A stretch of DNA of 64,000 bases from the human T2T-CHM13v2.0 reference genome, Homo sapiens. The stretch lies in NCBI RefSeq assembly GCF_009914755.1, contig NC_060936.1. The stretch is one strand, 5' to 3'. A program made the translations under genes and the position numbers. How positions within the stretch are numbered: position 1 is the first letter of the stretch; each line of letters starts with the position of its first letter. Shown in pieces: positions 30,041 to 44,667 of this stretch. A model generated the notes under the pieces. The model was not told where the DNA came from and did no database searches. It saw only the letters and a program-made list of their open reading frames with translations.

Positions 30041-33000
30041 AAGATGGGGCACTACCAGACACCAGTCTTTCCCATTAACTCTTTCTGCACTTCACCTTAA
30101 GGCTTAAATGTATTCTCTAAGCTTCACTTAATTTTTTTAATGCAAACATCCAGTGTTGGTGCTTCTTTTTACTAATTTGATAGTGATGTTAGAAATTATT
30201 GTGTATCACTCTAAGATACTTTCTTAAAAGATAGACTAGTTTTAGAGTAGTTTTAGTTAGGTTGAGTGGAAGATACAGAGATTTCTCATATACTCACTGT
30301 CCCCACATATGCAGTTTCCTCTATTATCAACATCCTCTCTGCATCCATCCACAGGGTACATTTGTTACAATTGATAAATATACATTATTATCACCCAAAG
30401 CTCATAGTTTACATTAGGGTTCACTCTTGGTAGTGTACATTTTATAGGTTTGGGCAAATGTATAATGACATGTATTTGTCATTATAGTATCACAATGAGT
30501 AGTTTTACTGTCCTAAAAATCCTCTGTGCTCTGCCTTTTCATGCCTCCCTCCTCCCTAACCATTGATTATATTACTATCTCCATTGTTTTGCCTTTTATA
30601 AAATGTCATATAGTTGAAATCTAACAGTATATAGCCTTTTCAGATGGGTTGATTGATGGCTTGTTAAATCAATCAATAGACCTATGTTGATCTTTAGATT
30701 CTTACATCTCGACAATATTGAGTTTCCCTATCCATGAACATAGAATGTCTCTCCACTCATTTAATTCTTTGATTTCTTTCATCAGAGTTTTATAGTTTTT
30801 CTCAAATAGATCTTGTAAATATTTAGTTAAATATATATCTAAGTATTTCATTTTGGGGGGACCACACTGAATATAATTCCTTTATCTGGATGTACCACAG
30901 TTTATTTATTTATTTATCTACTTAAGGAAATCTTGGTTGCTTCCAAGGTTTAACAATCATAAACAAAGTTTCTGTAACCAGCCATGTGCAGGGTTTTGTG
31001 TAGACAAAAATTTTTAACTCCTTTGGGTAAATACGAACAAGAGTGATTGCTAGATCATGTGGTAAGAGTATGTTTAATTTTGTAGAAAACTGCCAGACTG
31101 CCTTCCAAAGTGGCTGTACCATTCTGCATTGCCAACAGCAATGAATGAGAGTACCTGTTGCTTCACATCCTCACCAGCAATTGGTGTTGTCAGTGTTCTG
31201 GATTTGGGCCATTTTAATAGGCATGTATTGGTAGCTCCTTGTTTGAATTTGCATTTTCCTGATAACATATAACGTGCAGCACCTGTTCATATGCATGTTT
31301 ACCATCTGTATATCTTCTTTGGTGAGGTGTCTGTTCTTGTCTTTGGCCCAGCTTTTAGTTGGGTTGTTTTTTTTGTTATTGTTAAGTTTTAAGAGTTCTT
31401 TATATATTTTGGATAACATTTCTTTATCAGATATCAGATATATCTTTGCAAATATTTTCTCACAGTCTGTGACTTGACTTTTTATTCTCTTGACAAAGTC
31501 CTTCACAGAGAAGAACACTTTAATTTTAATCAAGTTCAGCTTATCAATTCTTTATTTTGTGGATTGTACTTTTGGCATTGGGATACAAAGTGGTGTTTAG
31601 ATAAAAAGTTATCACCAAACCCAAGGTCATCTAGATATTTTCCTATGTTATCTTCCAGGAGTTTTATGGTTTTGCATTTTACATTTATGTTTGTGATATG
31701 TCTTGAGTTCATTTTGTAAAGGGTGTAAAGTCTGCATCTAGGTTATTCTACTTCTTTTTTTTTTTGCATAGGGATGTTCAGTTTTTCCAGCATAATTTGT
31801 TGAAAAAATTATCTCTACTACACTGTGTTGCCCTTATCCATTTGTCAAAGGTCAGTTGCCTATATTATATGGGTCTATGTCTGAGCTCTCTATTCTGTTC
31901 TGTTTATCTATTTGCCTGTTTTTTTCTCCAATAACATATTCTCTTGATTACTATAGACTTATAAGTCTTGAAGTCAGGTAATATCAGTCCTTTGACTTTA
32001 TTATTCTCCTTCAATATTGCATTAACTCTGCTGGATGTTTTTGCCTCTCTATATAAACTTTAGAATTAGTTTGTCGATATCCACAAAATAACTTGCTGGG
32101 AGTTTAATTGAGATTGCATTGAATCTGTAGATCAAGTTGGGAAGAACTGACATCTTGGCAATATTGAATCTTCCTATTCATGAATATGGAATATCTCTCT
32201 ATTTATTTAATTCTTCTTTGATTTCTTTTATCTGAGTTTTGCAATTTTTCTCATACAAATCTTGTATATATTTAGTTAAATGTATACTTAAGTTTTTCAG
32301 TTTTGTGAGTGCTACTGTAAATGGTACTGTGTTTTAAATTTCACGTTCCACTTGTTCATTGTTGATATATGAGAAAGTGATTGTGTGTTACATTTGTGTC
32401 TTGCAACCTTGCTATAATCACTTATTAATTCCAGGAGTTTTGTTAGTTGATTTTTTCTGATTTTCTACATAGATGATCATGTCACCTATGAACGAAGACT
32501 GTTATACTACTTCCTTCCTAATCAGTAGTATACTTCTATGTCTTTTTCTTCTCTTATTGCCCTATCTAGAACTTCCAGTATAAAATTGAAAAGGAGTGGT
32601 GAGGGGAAATATCTTGCTTTGTTCCTGACCTTAGAGGGATGCTTTCCTCAAAGTTTCTTAGAATTAAGGGTAATGGGAATTGTGGTTCCTTGTAGAAGTT
32701 CTTTACCAAATTGAGGCTATTCCCCTCTATTCCTTGTCTATTGAGTTTTGTTTTGTTTTTTGGTATGAATCAGTGTTGGATTTTGAAAAAATGTTTTTTC
32801 TACATCTATTGATATGATCATGTGTTTTTTTTCTTTAGCCTTTTGATGTGATGAATTGTACTAATTGATTTTTGCACATTGAACCAGCCTTCTATGCATG
32901 GGATAAATCCCACTTGGTTATGGTATATAATTCATTGCATACATTGTTGGGTTTGATTTGCTAATATTTTGTTGAGGATTTTTGCATCAGTGTTCATGAG

Positions 33001-33071
33001 ATATATTTTTTTTCTTGTAATGTCATTATCTGTTTGGTATTATGGGAATGCTGGCCTCAGGAGTTAGGAAA

Positions 33072-33356
33072 GATATATTAGAAAAGAAGACAGACCTAAC
33101 ATCAATTATCCAAGCTGTCACCTTAAGGAACTAGAAAAAGAAGAAAAAATAAATCCAAAATAAGCACAAGAAAAGAAATAATAAAACTTATTGCATAAAT
33201 TAATGAAATTGAAAACAGAAAATCAATAAACAAAGTCAATGAAACTGGAATCTATTTCTTTGAAAACATTAATAAAATTGATGAGCCCCTTGCCAGGCTA
33301 AGCAAAAAGAGAGAAAACATAAGTGACTAATATCACAAATAAAAGAGGGACATAGC
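33072..33356 (+). mobile_element. Sense-orientation L1 ORF2 fragment inside the antisense L1MC
   Basis: A-rich 'aaggaactagaaaaagaagaa...aatgaaattgaaaacagaaaatcaa'. The host sequence resumes at 'ctgcttctatcttctg'. Confidence 0.8.
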
Positions 33357-34487
33357 TGCTTCTATCTTCTGAAAGAGATTTTTCAGAATTGGTTTAATTT
33401 CTTCCTTAAATGTTGGTAGACTTCACCAGTAAACCCATCTGGGTCTAATACTTTCTATTTTGAAAAACTATTAATTATTGATTCAATTCCTTTAATAGAT
33501 ATTGGCCTATTCAGATAGTCTGTTTCTTCTTGTGTGACTTTTGACAGATTGTTTCTTTCAAAGAATTAATCCATTTAATTCAAGTTATCAAATATATGGC
33601 CTTAAAGTTCTTCATAGTATTCTTTGATCATCCTTTTAATGTCTGTAGGATCTGTAGTGATGTCCCTTTTTATTTCTAATATTAGTAATCTGTCTTTCTT
33701 TTTTATTAGTGAGCCTGGAAGAGGCTTGTCAATTTTGTTTATATTTTTAAAGAATCAGTTTGGGTTTATTGATTTTGTTTATTGATTTCCTGTTTTTAAT
33801 TTCATTGATTTATGCAATAATTTTTTATTATTTCTTTTTTTTTTTTTTTGCTTATTTTCAATTTAATTTTCTCTTGTTCTGGTTTCCAAAGGTAAAATCT
33901 TAGATGGTTGATATTAGAATTTTCTTCTTTTAAAATATTTATTAATACATTTAATGTCATAAATTTATTTGCAAGCTGCATCCCATACATTTTGATGTTA
34001 TGTTTTTATTTTTATTTAATTCAATTTTTAAAATTTTCTTGAGATTTCTTCATTGTACCACATGTCATTTAGAAGTGTGTTGTTTAATCTCCAAGTACTT
34101 TTGGACATTCCAACTATCTTTCCATTGTTGTTTCTAGTTTAATTCCATTTTGATCTGAGAGCAGATATTCTGTTATTTCTATTCTTTTAAGTTTGTTAAG
34201 CTGTGTTTTATGGCTCAAAGTGTGATATATCTTGGTAAATGTTTCATGTGAGCTTGAGAAGAATCTGTATTTTGCTGATGTTAGACGAAGTAGTCTACAG
34301 ATGTCAATTATATCCAGTGTTGTTCAGTTTGACTATGTCTTTACTGACTTTCTGTCTGCTAGATCTGCCCATTTCTGATAGATGGGTGTTGAAGTAGATT
34401 TATTTATTTATTCTTGCAGTTCTATCAGTTTTTGCCTCATGTATTTTGATGCTCTGATAGATGTATACACAATAAGAATTGTTATTT

Positions 34488-37400
34488 GGAGGTGGCAAAG
34501 ATGGCCGACTAGAAGCAGCTAGTGTGCGTAGCTCTCACAGAGATGAACAGAAGGGGTGATTAAATACAGGATCTTCAACTGAAACATCCAGTTACTAGCA
34601 CTGGGACTGATCAAGGAAACAACTTGACCCATGGAGAATGGAGGAAAGCAAGGCAGGACAACAGCCCACCTGGGAGTGATGCGGGGCCAAGGGAACCTCC
34701 CTTGCCCAGGGAAGCAGTAAGTGAATGTGTAACCCGGGAACCCACACTTCTTTCATGGATCTTTGCAACCTTTGGGTCAGGATATCCCCTCATGAACCCA
34801 GTCCACCAGGCCTTCAGTCTGACATACAGAACTACATGGAGTCTCTGCAGAGTAGCCATGTAGGCACTTGCAGAGACCTAGGAGCCTTAGACACTTGGGC
34901 TCTCTGGACTTCCCAGAGCAAAAGTAACTGCAACTCTGGCAAAGCTGGCAGTTAGACTCCTGTACATACCCCTAGGGAAAGAGGCTGAATCCAGGACACT
35001 CAGCAGTGACAGTCTACAGGCCCCACTTCCACAGCACCTCATAGAATAGGACCCACAGGCTTGGAATTCCAGCCAGCCACTGGTAGCAGCATTGCACGTC
35101 CCTGGGATGGATCTCCCCAGGGGAGGAGTGGGCAGCCATCTTTGCTGTTTGGGTGACTTAGCCACTCTAGTCTTCGGGCCTTGGGGAGTCCAAGCTGACA
35201 AGGGATGGAAGGGATCCCCCAGAACAGCACAGCTACTCTACAAAAATGTGGCCAGATTGCTTTTTAAAGCAGGTCCCCAATTCTGTTCCTCATCACCATG
35301 TGGGGCCTCCCAGTTGGGGTCTCCAACTACCCCACCAGTGTTCTCTGGCTAACAGAGCTTTCTAACCTCCCTGGCATGGAGCTCCCAGAAGTAGGGGCAT
35401 GCTGCCATCTTTGCTATTTAGGTGACTTAGCTATTCTGGCCTTTGGGCTTTGGAATGTCTGAGGCTACCAGGGGCTGAAGCAGACCCTCAGCATAGCACA
35501 CATGCTCTATGAAAACGTGGCCAAACTGCTTCTTTAAGTGAGTCCCCAATTCCATTCCTCCTCACCGGGCAAGACCTCTCAAATGGGGTCTCCAGCTACC
35601 TCCTACAGATGTGTTCAGGCTGGCAACAGGTCTGTACCTCCCTGGGATGGAGCTCCCATCTTTGGCTGCCATCTTTGCTGTTTTGCAGCCTTCACTGGTG
35701 ATACCTCCAGGTACTGGAAAACCACAGGCAAGTAGAAACTGGAGCAGGTCCCCAGGATACCACAGCAGCCCTATGGAAAAGTGGCTAGACGGTTATGTGG
35801 GTTCCTGTTCCCATATCTCCTCACTGGGAAGGTCCTTCAGGCCTGGACCTCCAGCCACCCACTGCCAGAGCTATTAAACTAGTAACAACTTGACAACTCC
35901 CTGGGCAGAGCTTCCAGGGGCAACTGAAAACCTCTCTGCCACTGCCTCTGCAGTAGAACTGTCTTTGCTACCCTCAGACTAACAAAAGAACAAAGACCCC
36001 ACGTGCTTTATCCACACTTCCAACAGGCTGCAATCAACCCAAGGAGAAGAAGCCAGTCCCTCTCCCATGTGCTCCACACACCCTCCACTGCTCATCATCA
36101 GACAGGGACCCCTGGCTTGGGCCCACAGCACAGACCCTCCATCCTAGGCTGATTGCACCAAACAATTGCTGACCTGTGTATCTCTAGAGTGGAGTCCCCA
36201 GGAGATGAGCAAGGGACCCTTGGCCATGACCACTACTAAGGTTCCTTCCTCTGCTGCAAACAAGCTGGGGAAGGAACATAAACATTAGATTGATCACCCA
36301 GAGCTGCAGTAGACAGCCTAGGAGTGCCAAACCACTGTCTACAGCCAGAACTAAAGGGGGAGAGGCACCCACACTTTCAGAGCATTGAGAGGGAATGTAG
36401 CTGCAATTGTGAAGAAACAGGGAAGCCACATGACCAAGAAAGAGTGTACCAACTGACTAATAAGCCTAAGTGCCACCTACTGAATCACACCCCAAAGCTT
36501 CAACACCAAAAATACCTCACTAACATACCCACTCTGAAACCAGAGACGAAAAGTCAACTTCAAATAAAGACCCTGCACAAAGTCTTTTTCCCGTGAAAAA
36601 ATCCAGAAAAGAAGTCTATTGACTGTACTCAATTTACACTGCAGTTAAAGGAATACCTCATGTAAAGATGAGGAAGAACCAGTGCAAGAATGCCAGTAAC
36701 TCAAATGGCCAGAATGTTGTATGTCCTCCAAAAGACTGCACCAGTTCTCCAATGAGAGTTCTTAACTAGGCTGAACTGGCTGGAATGACAGAAATAGAAT
36801 TCAGAATATGGATAGGACTAAAAGTCATCAAGATTCAGGAGGATGGAAAACCCAATTAAAAAAAATGAGAATCACAATAAAGCAGTACAGGAATTAAAGG
36901 ATAAAATAGCTGGTATAAAAACAACCTAATGGATCTGACAAAGCTGAATAACATAATACAATAATTTCACAATGCAATCACAAGTATTAACAGCAGAATA
37001 AACCAAGCTGAGAAAAGAATCTCAGAACTTGAAGACTGGTTCTCTGGAAAAAGACAGTCACAAAAATAAATAAATAAGAGTAAAAAGAAGTGAACAAAAC
37101 CTCCGAGATGTATGGGATTGTGGAAAGAGGCCAAATCTACAAATCATTGGCATCCCTAAAAGGGAGGGGTAGAAAGCAAACAACTTGGAAAACATATTTC
37201 AAGATATCATCCATGAAAACTTCCCCAACCTTGCTAGAGAGGCCAACAGTCAAATTCAAGAACTACAGAGAACTCCTACAAGATTAACCAGAAGATCATC
37301 CCCAAGACACAAAATCATTAGATTTTCCAAAATCAAATGAAAGTAAGAATGGCAAAGGAAGCTAGAGAGAAAGGGCAGGTCACTTAGAAGGGGAACACTA

Positions 37401-40400
37401 TCAGGCTAACAGAAGATTTCTCAGCTGAAACCTTATAAGCCAGAAGAGATTGAGGGCCTATATTCAACACTCTTAAGAAAAGATTCTTCAACCAAGAATT
37501 TCACATCCAGCCAAACCAAGCTCCCTAAGCAAAGAAGAAATAAGATTCTTTTTAGATAAGCAAACGTTGAAGGAGTTCATTACAATCAGACGTGCTTTAC
37601 AAGAGATCTTGAAAGGAGCACTAAATATAGAAAGGAAAGACCACTACGAGCTTATACAAAAACACACATAAACACACAGACCAGTATAACTTTAAAGCTA
37701 CTACACAAACAAGTCAACATTATAACCAGTTAACAACATAATGACAGGATCAAATCCACACATATCAATACCAATCTTGAATATAAATAGATAGCCCCAC
37801 TTAAAAGGCACAGAGTGGCCAGGAAGATTTAAAAAAGCAAGACCTGATGGTATGCTGTCTTCAAGAGACCTGTCTCACACGTGATGACACACATAGGCTC
37901 AAAATAAAGGGAGGAAAATCTACCAAACAAATGGAAAACAGAAAAGAGCAGGAGTTGCAATCCTAATTTCAGACAAAACAGATTTCAAACCAACAAAGAC
38001 CAAAAAAGACAAAGAAGGGCATTAGATAATGGTAAAGGGTTCAATTCAACAAGAAGACCTAACTATTCAAAATATATATGCATCTAACAGAAGCACTCAG
38101 ATTCATAATGCAAGTTCTTAGAGACCTACAAAGAAACACGGACTCCCACACAATACAGTGGGAGACCTCAACACTCCACTGACAGTATTAGACAGATCAT
38201 CAAGGCAGGAAATTAACAAAGATATTTAGGACCTGAACTCAACATTGGACCAAATGGATCTGATGAGTATCTACAGAACTCTCCCCCTCAAAACAACAGA
38301 ATATACATTCTCATTGCCACAAGGCACATACTCTAAAATTGAACAAATAATTGGACATAAAAACAATCCTCTAAAAATGCAAAAGAATAAAAAAATCATA
38401 ACAAACACCCTTGGACTACAGTGCAATAAAAATAGAAGTCAAGACTAAGAAAATAGCTCAAAACCATGCAATTACATGGAAATTAAACAGCATGCTCCTG
38501 AATGACTTTTGGGTAAATAATGAAATTAAGGCAGAAATGAAGAAATTCTTTGAAACTAATGAGAACAAAACTACAACATACCAGAATATCTGGGACATAG
38601 CTAAGACAGTGTTAGGAGGGAAATTCATAGCACTAAAAGCTCACATCAAAAAGTTTTTAAAAAATCTCAAATTAACAACCTCACAACTGAATGAGTTAAA
38701 GAAGCAAGAACAAATCAACCCCAAAGCTAGCAGAAGATGAGAAATAACCAAAATTAGAGCTGAACTGAAGGAAACTGAGAAACAAAAAGCCTTTCAAACA
38801 GTGAATGAATCCAATAGTTGGATTTTTGAAAAATTTAATAAAATAGGCCATTTGCTAGAGTAATAAAGAGGAAAAGAGAGGAGATCCAAATAAACACAAT
38901 CGGAAATGATGAAGGGAATTTTACCAATGACCCCGCAGAAATAAAAGCAACCACCAGAAATTACCATGAACAACTCTATGAAAACAAACTAGAAAACCTA
39001 GAAGATGTGGCTAAAGTTCTGGACATTTAGATCCTCCAAAGAATGAACCAGGAAGAAGTTGATTCCCTGAACAGACCAACAATGAGCTCTGAAGTTGAAA
39101 CAGTAATAGCCTACCAACCAAAAAAAGCCCAGGAGCTGATGGATTCACAGCTGAATTCCACCAGATGTACAAAGAAGAGCTGGTACAATTTCTGCAGAAA
39201 CTGTTACAAAAAAATTGAGGAGAAGGGACTTCTCCCCAACTCATTCTGTTAGGCCAGCATCATCCTAATACCAAAACCTGGCAGAGACACAACAAAAAAA
39301 AGAAAACTTCAGGCCAGTATCCTTGATGAACATCGATGCAACAATTCTCAACAAAATACTTGCAAATCAAGTCCAGCGACACATCAAAAATCTAATTCAC
39401 CACAATCAAGTAGGCTTCATCCCTGGGATGCAAGGTTGGTTTGATGTACACAAATAGATAAATATGATTCATCACATAAACAGAACTAAAGACAAAAACC
39501 ACATAATTATCTCAATATATGAAGAAAGGCTTTTGATAAAATTCAACACCTCTTCATGTTAAAAGCTCTCAATAAACTAGGTATTGAAGGAACATACCTG
39601 AAAATAATAAGATTCATCTATGACAAACCCACAGCCAACATTATACTGAATGGACAAAAGCTGGAAGCATTCCTTTTGAAAGCTGGCATGAGATAAGGAT
39701 GCCCTTTCTCACAATCCTATTCAAAGTAGTATTGGAATTCCTACCCAGAGCAATAAGGCAAGAGAAAGTAACAAAGGGCATCCAAATAGGAAGACAGAAA
39801 GTCAAACTATCTGTGTTTGTGGATGACACTATTCTGTATATGGAAAACCTTATAGTCTTGGTCCCAAATTCCTTCAGCTGATAAATAACTTTGGCAAAGT
39901 TTCAGGGTACAAAATCAATGTACAAAAATCACTAGGATTGTTATACATCAACAGCAGCCAAACCAAGAGCCAAATCAGAAAGGCAGACCCCTTCACAGTT
40001 GCCACAAAAATAATAAAGACATAGGAATACAGCTAACCAGGGAGGTGAAATATCTCTACAATGAAAATTACAGAACACTGCTCAAAGAAATCAGAGATGA
40101 CACAAAGAAATGGAAAAACATCCCATGCTCATGGGTAGGAAGAATCAATATCATTAAAATAGCCATACTTCTCAAAGCAACTCACAGATTCAATGTTATT
40201 CCTATCAAACTACCAATGACATTCTTCACAGAACTAGAAACAACTCTTTTAAAATTCTATGGAACCAAAAGAGAGCCAAATAGCCAAGGCAATTCTAAGC
40301 AAAAAGAGCAAAGCTGGAGTCATCACATCACCTGATTTCAAACTATACTACAGGGCTACACTAACCAAAACATCATGGTAATGGTACAAAAACAGGCATA

Positions 40401-41630
40401 TAGACCAAGGGAAGAGAGTAGAAAGCTCAGAAATAAGGCTGCACACCTACAATCACCTGATCTTCAACAAAGCTGACAGAAACAAGCAATGGGGAAAAGA
40501 CTCCCTATTCAACAAATGGTGCTGGAATAATTGGCTAGTCATATGCAGAAGACTGAAGCTGGAACCCCTCCTTACACCACATACAAAAATCAACTCAAGA
40601 TGGATTACACTTAAATGAAAAACTCAATACTATAAAAACCCTGGAAGACAATCTAGGCAATACCATCCTGGACCTAGGAATGAGCAAAGATTTCATGACA
40701 GACACCAAAAGCAAACGTAACAAAAGGAAAATTGACAAGTGGGATCTAATTAACCTTAAGAGCTACTGCACAGCGAAACTATCAATAAACAGACAATCTA
40801 CAGAATGGGAAAAATATTTGCAAATTATGCATTTGTCGAAGGTCTAATATCTAGCATTAATAAGGAACTTAAACAAGAGAAAAAGAAACAACCCCATTAA
40901 ATAGTGGGCAACGGACACGAGCAGTCACTTCTCAAAAAAGACATGCATGCGGCTATCAAAAAATAACAGATGTTGGCAATGTTGCAGAGAAAAGGAACAC
41001 TTATACACTGTTGGTGTGAGTGTAAATTAGTTTAAGTATTGCAGAAAGCAGTATGGCAATTCCTCAAAGAGCTAAAAGCAGAACTACCATTCAATCCAGC
41101 AATCCCCTTACTGGATATATACCCAGTGGAATAAAAATCATTCTTCATAAAGACTATTGAAGTGAATATTCATTGCAGCACTATTAACAATAGCAAAGAC
41201 ATGCAGTCGACCTAAATGCCCATCAGTGACAGATTGGATAAAGAAAATGTGGTAAATATACACCATGGAATACTATGCAGCCATAAAAAGAATGAGATCA
41301 TGTTTTTTGCAGGAATATGGATGGAACTGGTGGCTATTAGCTTCAGCGAACTAACGCAGCAACAGAAAACCAAATATTGCATGTTCTCACTTATAAGTGG
41401 GAACTAAATGATGAGACCTTATGAAGACAAGGAAGGAAACAACAGACACTGGGGTCTTCTTGAGGGTAGAGGGTGGGAGGAGGGTGGGGAGCAGAAAAGA
41501 TAATTATTGGGTACTGGGCTTAATTCCTGGGTGATGAAATAATCTGTACAACAAACTCCTGTGACATGAGGTTTCCTATGTAAAAACAGTTCACATGTGC
41601 CCCTGAACCTGAAATAGAAGTTTAAAAAAA
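34488..41630 (+). mobile_element. Near full-length L1PA16/L1PA17 (~7.1 kb), heavily decayed
   Basis: 5' 'aagatggccgactagaagcagct'. ORF2 start 'atgacaggatcaaatccacac' at 37741. 3'UTR 'gagcagaaaagataattattgggtactgggcttaa'. Degenerate 14-bp TSD aagaattgttattt/gaggattgttactt. Internal ORF2 deletion near 40955. Confidence 0.93.
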
Positions 41631-41866
41631 GAGGATTGTTACTTATTCTTGGAGAATGGATCCCTTTATTTTTCGTAATTTTCCTTTCTTCTCCTGATAA
41701 CTTCCCTTGCTATGAATTCTGCTCTGTCTAAAATTAATATAAATACTCCCATTTTCTTTTGATTAGTATTAACATGGTATATCTTTAATCATCCAATTAC
41801 TTTTAATTTATGTGTGTTTTTATTTTGACGAGTTTCTCATAAACAACATATAGTAGAGTTTTTATT

Positions 41867-42199
41867 CATTTTTATTTATTATTGTTATTATTATTTTTTG
41901 AGACAGAGTCTCTCTCTGTCACCCAGGCTGGAGTGCAGTGGCATGATCTTGGCTCACTGCAACCTCCGTCTCATGGGTTCAAGCGATTCTCCTGCCTCAA
42001 GCCTCCTGCAGTAGCTGGGATTACAGATGTGTGCCACCACGCCCAGCTAATTTTTTTTTTTTTTGTATATATATATTTTTTAGTAGAGTTGGGGTTTCAC
42101 CATGGTGGTCAGGCTGGTTTTGAACTCCTGACCTCAAATGATCCGCTTGCCTTGTCCTCCCAAAGTGTTGGATTACAGACATGAGCCACCATGCCCTGG
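41867..42199 (-). mobile_element. Alu (S-type)
   Basis: Antisense Alu dimer. TSD gagtttttatt at 41856 and 42201. Confidence 0.9.
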
Positions 42200-42211
42200 T
42201 GAGTTTTTATT

Positions 42212-42526
<315 letters not shown>

Positions 42527-42713
42527 ATATAGTTGAGTTTTTAAAATCTATTTTGACAATATCTGTCTTTTAATTGGTGTGTTGAGATAATGAGTGTTCA
42601 ACATGATTATTAATATAGTTGGGTTAAAATATGTCATATTTGTTACTGTTTTCCATTTGTTTCCCTTATTCTTTTTTTCTATTTTTTTGCACTATTTTAA
42701 AAAATCAATTGTG

Positions 42714-43005
42714 TTTTTTTTTTTGTTTGTTTTTTGAAACAGAGTCCTGCTCTGTCGCCCAGGCAGTGGCACCATCTTGGCTCACTGCAACCTCCACCTC
42801 CCAGGTTCAAGTGATTCTCCTGTCTCAGCCTCCTGAGTGGGATTATAGGCCCATGCCACCACACCCGGCTAATTTTTGTATTTTTAGTAGAGACGTGGTT
42901 TCACCATGTTGGCCAGGCTGGTCTAGAATTCCTGACCTCAGGTGATCCACCCTCCTTGGCCTCCCAAAGTGCTAGGATTACAGGCGTGAGCCACTGTGCT
43001 TGGTC
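42714..43005 (-). mobile_element. AluSx-like with small internal deletions
   Basis: 'cctgacctcaggtgatccaccc'. Confidence 0.9.
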
Positions 43006-44013
43006 CAGTTATGGTTTTAATTAAGCATTTTATGTGATTCAATTTTCTGTCCCTTCTTAGCATATCAGCATATCAGTGATTTTTTTTTCTCCTTGACTGC
43101 CTTGAAGTTTGCAGTATACATTTGCAACTAACATAAGTCCATTTGCAAATAACACTTTACTGCTTCATGGGTAGTTCAGTACCTTATAATAACCAATTCA
43201 TCTCATTTTTCATTGCTGTCATTCATTTAATTCATGCAGAAGCATACATATATATGCATATATAATTGATTACATTGTTGCTCTTATGATTTTGAGAAAA
43301 CTGTAATCTGTTAGATCAATTAAGAATAAGAAAAATGTTTTTAATTTTACCTTCACTTATTCATTTATGAATGCTTTTCCTTTCTTTATGTAGACCTGAG
43401 TTTCTGACATATATACTTTTTCTTCTGAGGAACACTTAAAAGCCATTTCTTGTCAGACAGAAATACTGGCAACAAATCCTCTCAACTTTTTTTTCTTAGA
43501 AAGTCTTTATTTCATCTTCACTTTTGGGTGAAAATTTCACAGTGTGCAGAATTCTGGGTTGGTGTTTTTCTTCTTTTTTTAACAGTAGTATTTCATACCC
43601 CCCACCTTCTTGCTTGCACGGATTCTGAGAAGTCAGATCTAATTCTTATCTTTGCTCCTGTATAGGTAAGGCATTTTTTCCCTCTGGTTTTGTTCAGAAT
43701 TTTTTTTCATTTTTGATACACCATAGTTTGAATATGATATGTATACATGTTGTTATTTTGGTGTTTATCTTGCTTGCTGTCCTCTGAGCATTCCAGATCT
43801 GTGGTTTGGTATGTGACACTACTTGTGGGAAATTCATAATCATGTTGCATTAAATATTTCATCTTTTTCTTTCTTTTTTCTCCTTCTGGTATTTCCATTA
43901 TGCGTATGTTATATGTTTTATAGTAGTCCCACAGTTCTTGAATATTCTGTTCTTTCTTTTAGTCTTTTTTTCTTTTCAAATATTCTTTTTTCAGTAATGT
44001 TCAGTCTACACAC

Positions 44014-44280
44014 AAGCCCATCAAAAACATTATTTATTTCTAGTACAGTGTTTTTATATGCAACATTTCTTTTTAAGTGTTTGTTAGAATTTTCATCTCT
44101 CTGCTTACATTGTCCATCTCTTTTTGCATGCTGTCTATGTGTTTATTAAAGCCCATCAAAAAGCATTCTTTATTTCTATTATAGTGTTTTTAATGTAACA
44201 TTTATTTTTGAGTCTCTCTTAGAATTTTCATATCTCTGCTCACATTGTCCATCTGTTTTTCCATGTTGTCTATGTAATTT
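44014..44280. repeat. Diverged 2 x 135-bp tandem duplication within the L1MC ORF1 region
   Basis: Units start 'aagcccatcaaaaa' at 44014 and 44149. Confidence 0.85.
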
Positions 44281-44667
44281 ACTAGAGCCTTAACATTTTA
44301 ATCACAGTTGTTTTATTTTTAATTCACAGTTTGATAGTTCCAGCATTTCTGCCATATCTGAGTTTGGTGCTGATGTTTACTCTGTCAGCTCAAACTCCGT
44401 GTGTGTGTGTGTGTATGTTTTTTGTTTTTTTGTTTGTTTTTGCTTTGCTTTTTGGTATGCCTTGTAATTTTTTCTTGATAACCAGACATGATTTACTGGG
44501 TAAAAGGAACAGCTGTAAATAGGCCTTTAGTAGTGTGGTGGTCTGATGTTGAGGGGAGGAAGCATTTTATAATTCTATGATTAGGTCTCAGTCCTTAGTA
44601 AGCTTGTTCCTCTGGACTGTGAACTTCACAAATGCTTCTTAGTCTCCCCTCCCCACACTTAGGTTGA

